From positions 55,967-119,966 of the forward strand of contig USDL01000001.1 of assembly GCA_900553365.1 (NCBI GenBank): a stretch of 64,000 nucleotides of DNA. The letters run 5' to 3'. Every line of letters begins with the position of its first letter. Within the stretch, counting starts at the first letter, position 1. This DNA is from an uncultured Clostridium sp. GTDB taxonomy: Bacteria > Bacillota > Clostridia > TANB77 > CAG-508. Below, piece after piece: positions 1 through 10,985 of the stretch. The position numbers were made by a program, and so were the translations under genes. The notes under the pieces are model-generated. The model had not been told where the DNA came from. It did not search any database and saw only the letters and a list, made by a program, of their open reading frames with translations.

Positions 1-361
1 AGGTGCAACAAACAGCATGATTTGGAATTGGAATGTGGTATCTTTTCAATTCTGGATAAATTACTTTGTTAGCGTCATATTTGGCATTGTGAAAAATCCA
101 AACACTATCTGTCATATAATCTTTTATTTCTTCCCAAACTTCGTCAAATGTAGGGCAATTTTTAATAGTATCATAAGTGATACCATTAACTTTAGATGCT
201 CCACTTTCAATCTAGGTCTACGGATTTACTAATATATATTTATCAACAATTTTTTTGCCGTTTTCATACACTAAAATTGCAATACTAACAATTCTATTTT
301 CTTTAAATCCAGTAGTTTCAGTATCTCCTATAACGAGCTTATTATAATTAGGGAGAGCCAT
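1..361 (-). CDS. DEDD 3'-5' exonuclease (DnaQ/epsilon-like); C-terminus lies beyond the window start
   Basis: ATG at 359-361 lies two nt after the TAA of the preceding gene. Hand translation MALPNYNKLVIGDTETTGF...SKVNGITYD...WIFHNAKYD carries an Exo I motif (DTETTG) and an HxxxD-like motif. Two in-frame TAG codons (218-220, 212-214) explain why the ORF track missed it. Confidence 0.7.
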
Positions 362-363
362 AA

Positions 364-807
364 TTACTCTCCCTCTACATCTTTATTAGATTTCAGAGCA
401 TTTGCTCTTGCTGTTTCAATAGTATTATTTTCATCTTTAATAGCCAGAATTTTCTTCATCTTATTAAAAGCTTCTAAAATATATTTCAAAGAACCAGATA
501 AACACACTCCTAAAGTTGCCACTGTTGAAATAACAGTACTATATTCAGCAGGAATAGGAAGATTGTTTTTGTTTGCCCAAGGAATAATTAAAGAGGTAGA
601 AAGTACAAGTAACATTGTACCACCCGCAAAAGCTAAAATTTTATAAAGGCTATTTATTAATCTTTGTTTTTCAAAAGTCTCTCCTGCAATTTTAATATTA
701 TAATACAAAGAGAAACTAACATTAGAAAGATATGCCATGCCAAAAATAGAAAATCCCACCAAAGCTGCCAAAAGATTTTCTAAGGCTAATTTCCAAAAAT
801 CCTACAT
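364..807 (-). CDS. Small multi-pass membrane protein, function unknown
   Basis: ORF 364-771 extends in frame through TAG (802-804) to ATG 805-807, which is preceded by AAAGGAGAAAG. TAG is codon 2. There are several hydrophobic segments and the stop is TAA. Confidence 0.6.
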
Positions 808-825
808 AACTTTCTCCTTTAAATT

Positions 826-1299
826 TTAATTACCAGAACTTCCAAATCCGCCAGCGCCGCGCGCAGTATCGGGAAGTTCTTCTACTTGTTCAAAAGTAGT
901 GGGAAGCACAGGAAGAATCATAGCTTGAGCAATCCTATCTCCGTGTCTAATAATTTGTGTTTCAGTACTATCATTATGAAGAGCAACAATCCATTCACCA
1001 CGATAATCTGCATCAATTACTCCAACGCAATTTGCAGGACGCAAACCTTGCTTTGTAGCCAACCCACTACGAGCAAAGACAGCACCCCAATATCCAACAG
1101 GAATTGCCGTTGCAATACCAGTCTTTACCTTTACCGTTTCGTGAGGACGAATCTTGATTCCTGCAACATCTTTCTGAACATCCCAACTATAATAACTATC
1201 ATCAGGACAATCAGCATAAAGGTCGAAGCAAGCATCAGTCTCGTGCGCCTTAGTAGGCATTTTAGCTGTCTTAGACAGCAATTTAATCTTTACATCCAT
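826..1299 (-). CDS. dut: dUTP pyrophosphatase (trimeric dUTPase)
   Basis: ORF 826-1308 contains ARSGLATKQGL, GVIDADYRGEW and a C-terminal RGAGGFGSSG, which are dUTPase motifs. ATG 1297-1299 is a likelier start than the TTG used by the ORF track. No TAG codons. Confidence 0.85.
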   Translation of the reverse strand: MDVKIKLLSKTAKMPTKAHETDACFDLYADCPDDSYYSWDVQKDVAGIKIRPHETVKVKTGIATAIPVGYWGAVFARSGLATKQGLRPANCVGVIDADYRGEWIVALHNDSTETQIIRHGDRIAQAMILPVLPTTFEQVEELPDTARGAGGFGSSGN

Positions 1300-1356
1300 A
1301 TTTGTCAATCCTTTTTTGTTTAATTTTAATTTGTTTCTGTTTTATTGTATAATATA

Positions 1357-1387
1357 TAAAAATGGTGGAAAGTTACCCTTCCACCAT
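1357..1387 (-). terminator. Rho-independent terminator overlapping the RNA ligase stop codon
   Basis: A 9 bp stem ATGGTGGAA/TTCCACCAT (1362-1370 / 1379-1387) is followed on the minus-strand RNA by UUUUUAUAUAUU. Confidence 0.6.
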
Positions 1388-2731
1388 AGAATTTTTAAAA
1401 CGCTTTAAATTGTGTAGGGCTTTTGTAATTTCAGAATATTTATAGCAAAACTGTCTCTTTAACAAGAAATCGTTTTCCTGTCCAAGATATTTGGTCTTTG
1501 TTCTGCCCTTTAACACTTTGGGAAGCTTATCCATCCAAAGCATTGCTTCTTTTTTATCATTCCAAAAATCTACACATTCTGCATTTCCTTTAATTAAAAT
1601 TTTATCAATAAGCTCTTTATAAAGATTAAGATATTCATGAACAGTATTATAATACTGCATAATTAATTCTCTATACGCTTCAGGACACTTTGCTAAAAAA
1701 TCATCAAATCTATCTTCATGAATAGCATTAATAACTGCATTAGGAGAAATATTCTTAGACAGTGCCTTATGCATCAAGACATAATCTGATGTTTTAATTT
1801 TACATCTAAAATGATTTTTATATCCATCAACCATATCAACTACCCAACCTTCTTTTTCAGAAGAAAGATAATTATCGGTATCGGCTAAAACACTAAACAA
1901 AGTAGCATTATAATACCATTGAGTCATTTTAGAATCATATTCCTCAGCCATGTCACTAAGAATATCAAAAGAAACTTCCTTGCCATCCTTAACATCCCTT
2001 GCCGCAAGTAAATACAATCCTTCTTGAGATTCATCATACTTAACAACAATGGGGTTTTTTGGAGAAATATATTCAAAAATAAAAGTGTAATCAGGGTAAT
2101 CCCTAATTAATTCTTTTTGTCCCTCAGATAAAAGTTTATAACCCGCCGCAAGTCTCCAAGATTCTACAGGGTCTAATGCCTGAGAACCAGAACCTAAAAT
2201 TCTGTCTTCCTCTGCAATATATCTATATTGCTGATAAGAACCATCAAGTTTATTAGTAATAAAAACTGCATGAGCAAAATGATATTTAGACCTAATTTTT
2301 TTAGGAGACCAATCACCATCATCCTCGCCATAATTCTTAAACTTTGCCAAAGAAGCCAAAGCAATTTCGTCATTCTTTAAATCAAAGACACAAGAACGAC
2401 ATTCCCTATAAAGACCATCATATAATTCAAAAAAAGAATTTAAATCATAATCATCAGACAATTCAATAAAACCTTTATACTTAAAAAGTACATAATGGTC
2501 ATAACAAGTAATCTGAAGAGGGTCAAAAATCTTACTCAACTTTTCATTAAGTTTAGGAGTAATATTCTCCCACGCCTCAAAAATTCTGTCGAGCCAATCA
2601 TTAAAATTGTAATTTTCAGGACAAGGTTCGTTGTTAAGGAGAGTATAAGATTGAATATACTTTCTTTTAACAGTCATAACATATTCATAAAGAGGATGCC
2701 AAAGAAACTCTTTCTTAAAATGAAAATTCAT
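1373..2731 (-). CDS. ATP-dependent RNA ligase (T4 Rnl1-like nucleotidyltransferase)
   Basis: The 452 aa ORF has motif I KLDGS (FITNKLDGSY), motif III FIFEYISP, motif IV EGWVV and motif V FRCKIKT. It lies adjacent to a polynucleotide kinase gene. No TAG codons. Confidence 0.8.
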   Translation of the reverse strand: MNFHFKKEFLWHPLYEYVMTVKRKYIQSYTLLNNEPCPENYNFNDWLDRIFEAWENITPKLNEKLSKIFDPLQITCYDHYVLFKYKGFIELSDDYDLNSFFELYDGLYRECRSCVFDLKNDEIALASLAKFKNYGEDDGDWSPKKIRSKYHFAHAVFITNKLDGSYQQYRYIAEEDRILGSGSQALDPVESWRLAAGYKLLSEGQKELIRDYPDYTFIFEYISPKNPIVVKYDESQEGLYLLAARDVKDGKEVSFDILSDMAEEYDSKMTQWYYNATLFSVLADTDNYLSSEKEGWVVDMVDGYKNHFRCKIKTSDYVLMHKALSKNISPNAVINAIHEDRFDDFLAKCPEAYRELIMQYYNTVHEYLNLYKELIDKILIKGNAECVDFWNDKKEAMLWMDKLPKVLKGRTKTKYLGQENDFLLKRQFCYKYSEITKALHNLKRFKNSMVEG

Positions 2732-2766
2732 CTTAAACTCTCCTTTACTAATTTTTATCTTCTGAA

Positions 2767-3732
2767 TTATTTTTCAGAAGTCCCACTTGCAATTTTATCG
2801 CATTCGTTAAACAAAAAAAGCTTATCAAGGTTTTCTTTTCCCATAATCTTTTCCCATTTAGATTTAGACTTTTCGGTTTCAAGAAAGAATGGAAGCATAT
2901 GAAAATTAACATAAAACAGACATTTTAAAATATCGTCCATATTAGTAAATCCAATACAATTAAGATTTGCTAAAAGGTCATACGTTCCTACATTATGATG
3001 ACTATAATATCTATAATCTCCAGAACCATCTTCCTTGGGCTGTCCAGTAGTTAACTTGCCTAAGTCATGAATTTGTGCAGCTCTATAAAGAATCTTATCA
3101 TCAGTTCTTTTAGCAACTTCTTCGGCACAAATTCTACAATGTTCATCTAAAGTGTACTTATGATGACAAGTTTTCTGGTCAAAGCCCTTCATCAAACTCA
3201 TAATATAATCATCATCAGTAGTCCAATTAGACTGAGGGACAATTACTTCAAACTGATTAAAATTCCAACCAATTAAATTAATTGTATCAAAACCTTCTTC
3301 ATAAAAAGGAATTTCAAACTTGCCAATCTGTCTGTCAATAACTTCTTCGGGAACTGTACGAGTTCTCGCTTTATTCTGTCTTTTACAAACAGCAACGGGA
3401 GTAGTCATAACATAAGCTACTTTAGTAACATTCTCCTTATTGCGAACAATATCCAACAAGCTCTTACGAGATTTAACATTAATATTAGTTGCATCAACAA
3501 TAACATTCATTTTATCAATGCAATTGTTAATACGGCGACGAACTTCCTTAAAAACCTCGTCATTATGAGTCTGGTCGTTTACATCTCCAAAAACAGTTTC
3601 ACGAATTTCATCCGATGAAACAATCATTGTAGGCTGACCCATTTTAGTCAACATATTTTTGAGATTTTGAGCAAGAGTGGATTTACCACTTGCAACAACT
3701 CCAATCATCATCATAAAATTCGTATGTTCCAT
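2767..3732 (-). CDS. Polynucleotide 5'-kinase fused to a C-terminal HD-domain phosphohydrolase (RNA end-healing enzyme)
   Basis: The 321 aa ORF has a P-loop GVVASGKST, a kinase-type SSDEIRE, and then H..HD-type motifs (CHHKYTLDEH, IHDLGK, SHHNVG). RBS AAGGAGGA precedes the ATG. No TAG codons. Confidence 0.75.
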   Translation of the reverse strand: MEHTNFMMMIGVVASGKSTLAQNLKNMLTKMGQPTMIVSSDEIRETVFGDVNDQTHNDEVFKEVRRRINNCIDKMNVIVDATNINVKSRKSLLDIVRNKENVTKVAYVMTTPVAVCKRQNKARTRTVPEEVIDRQIGKFEIPFYEEGFDTINLIGWNFNQFEVIVPQSNWTTDDDYIMSLMKGFDQKTCHHKYTLDEHCRICAEEVAKRTDDKILYRAAQIHDLGKLTTGQPKEDGSGDYRYYSHHNVGTYDLLANLNCIGFTNMDDILKCLFYVNFHMLPFFLETEKSKSKWEKIMGKENLDKLFLFNECDKIASGTSEK

Positions 3733-3743
3733 TTTTGTCCTCC

Positions 3744-4190
3744 TTATTCCATCTTAGATAGAATACTATCAATCTTCTCGTTGAATTCTTTTACTAACTT
3801 TTCTTTATCAGTATCAGGTCTTGTTTGTCCCTCAACAGGAATTAAATCTCCTGCCCAAAACAGCCATTTTGGTTTAGTTTCATCTTCTACAAATTGAACA
3901 AGGCTATTATAATCAGCAGTTTGTCTTTCTTTTTTCAAAGGGTCAAACTCAACTGTAAAAATATCATTTTTGTGTTCAGTAACCCAATTTCTATAATCTT
4001 CTCTCATTTGTTTCCAATCTGGATAGGTAATAATTCGATTATAATCTAAAGTTACTTTTTCACCCTCCCATGCAGTAATGGGATTGGTGGTAATACTGTC
4101 CATTCTTTTAACAAAAGTAATAGCGCTTTCTTTTGTTAAACCTTTTTTAGTGAGCTTCTTTACAACCGCTCTACGTTCTTCTCGATTCAT
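3744..4190 (-). CDS. Hypothetical protein (148 aa)
   Basis: Intact ATG ORF with RBS AAAGGAG, directly downstream of a consensus promoter. No motif recognised. Confidence 0.55.
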   Translation of the reverse strand: MNREERRAVVKKLTKKGLTKESAITFVKRMDSITTNPITAWEGEKVTLDYNRIITYPDWKQMREDYRNWVTEHKNDIFTVEFDPLKKERQTADYNSLVQFVEDETKPKWLFWAGDLIPVEGQTRPDTDKEKLVKEFNEKIDSILSKME

Positions 4191-4213
4191 AGTTACTCCT
4201 TTGAATCATTCAT

Positions 4214-4242
4214 ATAATAACATAATCAAATGAAGTTGTCAA
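4214..4242 (-). promoter_or_regulatory. Sigma70-type promoter (TTGACA-17-TATTAT)
   Basis: On the minus strand, TTGACA (4242-4237), a 17 nt spacer, then TATTAT (4219-4214), about 20 nt upstream of the RBS of the 3744-4190 gene. Confidence 0.65.
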
Positions 4243-4256
4243 GAGGATAATAAAAA

Positions 4257-6719
4257 TTATTCCTCTTGTACTTCATCTTTTTCTTTCCAATCTTTTAGTT
4301 GCCTAATTAAAGTTCTACGCTCTTCATCTTCTTTTCTATGAAGCACATTATACTATTCTCTAAGCTATCTGTATTCCTACTTCAAAAATTCAGGTAGGAA
4401 TGTTCTTTTTGTTGAAACAAAATTTGTATCAATAGAACGTCGTAAGGCTTTAGTTTGAGCTACAAGTACACACAATTTCTTAGCTCTGGTTAATAAAGTG
4501 TAAATCTGTTGCTGACAAAGCATCATTGGAGGAGTACTATAATCTATTACTCCAATAATTACAGGGCAACCAGAACCTTGATATTTATGAGTAGTACAAG
4601 CATATCCTAGAATTAAATGTTCCTTAACTTCTTTGTGTTTTAAAATAATAGGTGCATCTCCTAAATCGAAATCAACGATGGCATTTTCATAATCAATACT
4701 TGTAACTACACCAGTCCACCCATTATACATAGCTGTTTGTGCTCCACTTGTATCAAAAACTTTATAATTGTTTTTAATACACATTACTTTATCACCTTCT
4801 TGAATCCAAAAAGACCTGTCATTTCCAGAAGCATCTTTCATCTTTTGAACGTAAATTCTTGGACGAGATTCATTCAAATCAACAGGATTAATTAATTTTT
4901 GAATATCAAGATTTAAATTGTGAACACAAGCATCTCCACGTTCTTTCACAGGAGAAATAATTTGAATTTTTTCAATGTCACCATTTACAAGAGGGCTATT
5001 AAAATATTTTTCAAAATAAGCAATGGTATCTTTTCTATCATCATCTTTTTCATTTCTAATATCAAGTACCATATCTTTCAGTTCTCCGCGAATTTCAACA
5101 CCTTCATAATCAGTATCTTGATATAATTGAATACCATTTCTTACATTATAAGCGGTAGTTAAAATACCAGAAGCCTTTGCTTGTCTATGTACTTCTTTAA
5201 GTTCAACAGTAGGAATTTCTTTGCTATTAATCATATCCGCAGCTAAATTAAGAGAACCAATAGATTCAAGCTGTCCCATATCACCAAGCATTAAAAGTTT
5301 ACTGCCTGTGGGAATTGCTCTAATTAAATCGAGAAAAATTTCTCCACCCACCATACTAACTTCATCTAAAATAATGATATCATAAGGTAATGGATTATCT
5401 TCTCCATAAGAAAAACCACAACCACCAGTATATCCAAGAAGTCGGTGAATAGTAAAACCTTCTTTGCCGGTAACTTCTTGTAATCTTGCCGCCGCTTTAC
5501 CACTTAAAGCACATTGAGCAAAAGTATAGTCATCAAGTACAGATAAAATACCTGTAACTAACGAACTTTTACCAGAACCAGCTAAACCAGAAATTACGCA
5601 AACTTGTTTTTCAATTCCCAGCTTAATTCCGTCTATTTGCTCTTGAGTAAACTGAAAACCTTGTTTCTCTTCTGCTCTTTTTATTTTCTCTTCAAAATCA
5701 TTAGCAACAAAATAATTATTACCTTGAAGTAATCTTTTAAGATGATAAGCAATATCTTTTTCAAGATTCCAAAAGCTCATTAAATAAACTCTTCGACCTG
5801 ATTTAGTATCGCCCTCTTCAACACGAATTAACTCCTCATCTTGAAGTTCTTTAATAGCTTTACCAACATTGTTTACAAGATTACCATCTTCATCTTCTAC
5901 TATTAAACTTTGTTTTCCGCCAAGGTCTTCATATAACGAGCCCATTAATTCACCAGCGGACACCCAAGAATGGCCTTCTTCTCCTTGGGCATCAAGATAC
6001 CATAAGATATAAGATTTAATTCTCTTTGTGTCATAAGTTTTATAACCTGACCTTAAAGCCACTTTATCCGCAGTAAAAAATCCTACTCCTTTAATATCTT
6101 TTACTAACTGATAAGGATTGTTTTTTACAATATCAATTACCTTTTGTGGAGCTTTATATTTTTCAATTAGTTTAGAAATAAAGTTTGGAGAAAAACCAAC
6201 CTTATCAAGCTCTAAATATACAGTAGACATATCTTTACTGGCTTCGAAACGCTCAATAATACAATTAGAAATATAATCTCCAATACCTTTAGCTTTCTTT
6301 AAAGTTTCTATATCATGGTCTGCAATAGCTTGTAATGGGTCATCGCATACAGCAAACAACTCATCCATTTGACCTTCTGATAAAAAAGTTCTTAAAAAAG
6401 CTCTTTGATTCTTCTGATTAGAAAAATCAATATCTTTATTATAATAAACTAATTGATACTGAACACCATATTTAGGATGTTCAACTTCTTTACCTAACAA
6501 TACATAGGCAGAATTGGGGTCAATTCCATCAGTATATTCCCCTGTAAAAGTAACTTCACCATAAACACTCATGATAGGATTTCCTTGTTCTACTTCAAGA
6601 ATATTCCAAGAAACTATTCCCCAATTTTTACCGTCTGACCCAATTCCAGCACTCGGATAGAGGGTCTTGGAATGAGACGCTTTTATCTTTATGAATTTTT
6701 CTTCGGTATCAACACTCAT
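4257..6719 (-). CDS. RecD-like SF1 DNA helicase (AAA_30/UvrD_C type)
   Basis: Walker A GLAGSGKSS, Walker B IIILDEVSM, and the motifs CTTHKYQGSG and YTLLTRAKK. The ORF-track end at 4377 is a TAG. Reading continues through three TAG codons (4377, 4365, 4353) to TAA at 4257-4259. ATG 6717-6719 overlaps the TGA of the DnaE gene. Confidence 0.8.
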
Positions 6720-8280
6720 CGTCAACCCTCTCTACATCTATTCTGTCAGAAATCATTTCAAGGTCTCCATTATCATCAATACCTTTAATTAACTGAACAG
6801 AATGTTTATATAAACTATCTTTGTACTGTCTTGGAATAAAGTTTTCTCCTCTTCTAAAACCAGTAACAAGAAGTTTAGTTCCACGCTGGAACCAAGATTT
6901 CTCAAGAACAGTTTTTGTTCCATCTTCGTTTATTTGAGAAATCTGCCTATTATAAAAATTAAATTGACCTTTATAAAATTTTATATCACAAACTCCATCA
7001 GGAGTCAATAATGTAACTGTATTTCTATTAGTATCTTTATCAAGAACAGTACCACAAATTCTTTTAAGAACAAAGCGAGCTTTTTCTTGGTCATGCCAAT
7101 AATATTTATAAGCCACTTCTGGTTCTTCTGGTTGTTCTTCAAAAGGTACTATACTATATTTTTCTTTGTTTACATGAGCAAGTTCGTGTTCATGATAATA
7201 CATACAAAGAGAATCCATTTCCCACTTAGAAAGACTTCCAGAAGCTTTTTCATCCCATACAGCTTTAAATTTTGCTTCATTTACAGCCACAAGCATTTTA
7301 GGGTCGCTTAAAATATCGTCTTTAAAATCTGCCATGAGCTTGTTAAAAACTCGGTCTAAACTACCTCTTTTAACAACTCTTTGTCCCTCGTCACTCCAGT
7401 CGTAATCTTTTTTATCAATCATGTCATTAAGAAAATATTTTTCAAAGAATGGCCGTGCAAATTTATTTTCAAGGATATAATAAGCTGTACTTGCACTTTT
7501 ACCTATTTGTTTATAAAAGAATTTTTTCTGGAAAACATAATTTCTAAATCTATATAATCTTAATTCAAACTTTTTTTGATTTTCAGTTAATAAATCAAGA
7601 TTTGCCAAATCTTCAATGTTAGAAATATTGAGCGACTTAACAGGACTTGAGATAAATCTAATAAAGTCTTCCATAATTGCTCTTCTATCTTTTTTCTCAA
7701 GATTATCAAAACACCGAGCTTTGATAAGAGAAATCATAGCTGTATCACCAAATTTATTTTCTTTAGATTCAGACTTGTATTTCTGCATCTTCTCGTAAAA
7801 ATCCCACATCGAAGAATAAGTTTGATTATTAATAATAGCTTTTGCAATAGTAGTTCCAATACCTTGAATTGGTTTTAAACCATAAACAATTTCGTTTTTT
7901 TCAACGTCAGGATGGAAACCAAATCTAACACGGTTTACATCAGGTAATGCTACAGTAACACCTTCTTTTTTGATATTACCAATGGCTTTACTAATTTTAC
8001 CATAATTGGTATTTCCATCTTCACCGCCAGAATCGGAAATTAAATTGGCGGTGTTCCAATAAATAACAGGATAATGATAAGCAAGATTAGCTTCTTGCAA
8101 ACCAACGATTGAATAAGCTAATGTATGAGCACTATTAAACCCGTAACCGCGATTCATACTAATGAGAACATCCCATACATAATGACACAGTTTAGAAGAA
8201 AGATGTTTTTCTTCTATATTTTTATAAAATTCTTGTTGTAATTCAACATAAGCTTTAGGATTCTTTTTCAGTTTTGTTAT
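6709..8280 (-). CDS. dnaE: DNA polymerase III alpha (DnaE-type), predicted exon 2
   Basis: Contains GYGFNSAHTLAYSIVGLQEANLAYHYP, the counterpart of the DnaE GYGFNKSH motif. The ORF begins mid-domain, and the sequence is contiguous with ...ADKLRKSIA at the end of the upstream ORF. Stop is TGA. No TAG codons. Confidence 0.75.
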   Translation of the reverse strand: MTKLKKNPKAYVELQQEFYKNIEEKHLSSKLCHYVWDVLISMNRGYGFNSAHTLAYSIVGLQEANLAYHYPVIYWNTANLISDSGGEDGNTNYGKISKAIGNIKKEGVTVALPDVNRVRFGFHPDVEKNEIVYGLKPIQGIGTTIAKAIINNQTYSSMWDFYEKMQKYKSESKENKFGDTAMISLIKARCFDNLEKKDRRAIMEDFIRFISSPVKSLNISNIEDLANLDLLTENQKKFELRLYRFRNYVFQKKFFYKQIGKSASTAYYILENKFARPFFEKYFLNDMIDKKDYDWSDEGQRVVKRGSLDRVFNKLMADFKDDILSDPKMLVAVNEAKFKAVWDEKASGSLSKWEMDSLCMYYHEHELAHVNKEKYSIVPFEEQPEEPEVAYKYYWHDQEKARFVLKRICGTVLDKDTNRNTVTLLTPDGVCDIKFYKGQFNFYNRQISQINEDGTKTVLEKSWFQRGTKLLVTGFRRGENFIPRQYKDSLYKHSVQLIKGIDDNGDLEMISDRIDVERVDDEC

Positions 8281-8513
8281 CACAGAGCTTTTTATCTCTG
8301 CTTCTTACAATTTCTTGTAAGCTCGGCGTACATTATTAACTCTAACGAGTTAAAGGACACTCTTGGATGGATTATATTTATTCACCATCTACGCTCTACA
8401 ATACTTAATAACCTTTCGCAATTTATTAAGTTATCTCGATGTTTCCATTTTACAGGGTTCACCGATTTTGCCCTTTTCATTTTACTTGTCACCAAATAAA
8501 CGGCCCAAAATTA
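8281..8513 (-). ncRNA. Putative ORF-less self-splicing (group I-like) intron interrupting dnaE
   Basis: A 233 nt non-coding, structure-rich insert sits inside a conserved DnaE helix. It starts with an in-frame TAA and ends in G. The exon end UUGCU can pair with the internal GGCAA (U.G at the junction). GAAA-capped hairpins are present (CTTACAA-GAAA-TTGTAAG; ACTTAATAA..TTATTAAGT), as is TAACTC-GTTA-GAGTTA flanked by GCGTA/TACGC. Confidence 0.5.
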
Positions 8514-10925
8514 AGCAATACTTTTCCTAAGCTTATCAGCCCACAGCAAATCAAAACCACCAATCTCAGGGTCTTGAACTGCCATCATAAAGTCTTCTTG
8601 GTTAGGTAATAAACCATAGCTCTTCTTAGCGTATTTACAAATAACTTCTTGCTCATGTTTAGTCAAACCATAATCATCCATCTCTTTATACCAAAGAGTG
8701 ATATCTTTCTTATAACGACCAAAACGCTCAAGAGGTGTTTCTGCCCGTGGAGAAGGAGCCATAAGTCTCATTACTGAATTTAAAGCAGATAAATCTACCA
8801 AACTTTCAGGTTTACCTATTGCAACAGCTTGATATCCAGTTTGTTTTTCCATCTGGAAAAATGACATAACTTTATGTTCATTAAGCATTTTCCAAATTTC
8901 TGGATTATCCCTTTCTATTTTGTAAACGCCTAAATATTTTTCGTAAGTAGACTTTAAATCACCTTGCCATTCAAGCCTACCGTCTTCCATAAGAAGATTC
9001 ATACAAACATGTTCTTTTTGAAGAGCATCAATAGAAAGCAAATCCCATTTAATAAGAGATACTTTTTCATCAGCGTGTAGGTCAAACTGAGTGATAATAT
9101 CTCCACTCGTTGTCTTCATTAAAGCAGCATGGTCTACAACGTCTGTTGCTGAAAGAACTACCCCACCAGCATGAGAACCAACTCCACTTACTAACCCTTC
9201 AATATTTTGAGCAACTTCCCAAACATCAGGGTACTCATTAGTCATTAAGTTAACAAATTCTTTGTCAGGACGTAAATTGTTTTCTTCATCACCATAAAAA
9301 CATTGTTTTAAAGTAAACTGAATACCACGTTCTTGACCAATATGTGAACTTAACATCTGTCCAATTTCAGGTGGATAACTTAAACCACGACAAGCAGTTT
9401 GAATTGCAACTTTAGCTTTCATCGTAGAAAGTGTTTGAACCTTCATAACACGACGATTTCCTGCTCTCTGGTCATCGCCACAATACTTGCGTTGAAGATA
9501 GTGAATAACATCATCACGATAAGCATTCTCAAAATCCACGTCAATATCTAATGGGCTAACACGTTTAGGATTAAGAAAGCGCCAGTGATAACAAGGAACA
9601 TCTTCTCTCAGAGGATTAACCTGAGTAATTCCTAAAATATACAAAAGAATAAATCCTAAACCTGAACCACGAGAAGGACCAACTAAAGAACCACAAGCCC
9701 AACACGCATTTACCAAGTCACGAGTCTGTAACAAATAAGCTGACCAATGAGCATTATTAGCTTCTGAACTTGCTTTAATAGACTCAAGACATGTTTGAAT
9801 TGCATCATAAGTTTCTTTATTTGCTAATTCATCAGAATCTTTTTCAAGGCGCTTAACAATTTCTCTAACAAGGTGTCTATCAGCATTGTAATCTGAATTA
9901 AAAAACCACTCTAACATAGGAATATCTTTAAAATATTTTTTAGCTAAACCCAAATCAGGTTCAGTTAAATCATCTGGCTCATAAGGAATTTCCAAATTAG
10001 CGAATAAAGTATATTCTTGAACCATGTTATAAATCAACATGGTATTATCTAAGCCTTTTTGTACAACTTCTGGAGTCAAAAATTCATCCATGTAAGAATG
10101 AATTTCTTCTTCGGACATCATATAAGTTGTAGCATAAAACTCTCCAACCTCACGTTCTTTACCACTATCTTCATTAGATTTAAGAAAAGCTTCATGTACT
10201 TTTCTATCTTCTTTTTTGGGATAATGACTATCGGTAGTGATAATATATGGAATATCAAGTTCAGCAGACAGTCCCACTAAAGCCTGATTTACAATAATTT
10301 GTTCTTCACTCTTTGATGGCTGTAATTCCAAAAAGAAATTACCATGCCCAAAACATTTATCGAGTCTTTTTAACCATTTCTTGACGCCCTTATAATCAGG
10401 TTGTAAAGGATTTTGTTTATAAGAATCTAAAATTAATTTTGGACAACGACCACCAAGGCAAGCAGTTGAACCAATAATATGACCTCTATCAGATTCAACT
10501 ACTTCAAACAAATCTTCATAATAAGTTGGAGTACAAATATTAACATAAGTAAAAGAATTATCAATCCATGCTCTTGTACTTAATTCTCTTATTTGCTTAT
10601 GTCCAATGGCATCTTTAGCCAACAAAATGAAGTGATAAAAAATATATTCTTTGTCTTCTTCAATACTTTTTCGATTGCAAAGATAAATTTCATTACCTAA
10701 AATAAGTTTATAATCTTTCCACTTATCAGGATTTTTCTTTCGCAAATCGTCTATTTGAGTTAATGCTTCAACGTGTGCGGCAATACAGTCATGGTCTGTA
10801 ATAGCAACACCTTTATGACCAAGCTCCTAAGTATATGTGAGAAGACCCTTGACAGTGTTAGTGCTGTCAAGGAAACCTCTCGTATTGGAGCCTATGTCTG
10901 TGTGATTATGTACACCTACAAACAC
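8514..10925 (-). CDS. dnaE: DNA polymerase III alpha (DnaE-type), predicted exon 1 (PHP and palm domains)
   Basis: ORF 8511-10745 extends upstream through TAG (10827-10829, codon 33) to GTG 10923-10925, which is preceded by AAGGAGAG. The N-terminus VFVGVHNHTDIGS...AITDHD is a PHP motif, and PSRGSGLGFILLYILGITQVNPL is palm-like. Confidence 0.8.
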
Positions 10926-10954
10926 GGCATTACTCTCCTTTATATTTTTGTCTT

Positions 10955-10983
10955 ATTATATCATGTTACTTTTAATTTGTCAA
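10955..10983 (-). promoter_or_regulatory. Sigma70-type promoter (TTGACA-17-TATAAT) upstream of dnaE
   Basis: On the minus strand, TTGACA (10983-10978), a 17 nt spacer, then TATAAT (10960-10955), just after the stop of the RecJ-like gene. Confidence 0.65.
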
Positions 10984-10985
10984 CC

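Noticed and set aside
1296-1312. A TTGACA hexamer at the dUTPase start.
   Set aside because: There is no acceptable -10 hexamer 17 nt downstream, and it overlaps the start codon region. It is probably a chance match rather than a promoter.
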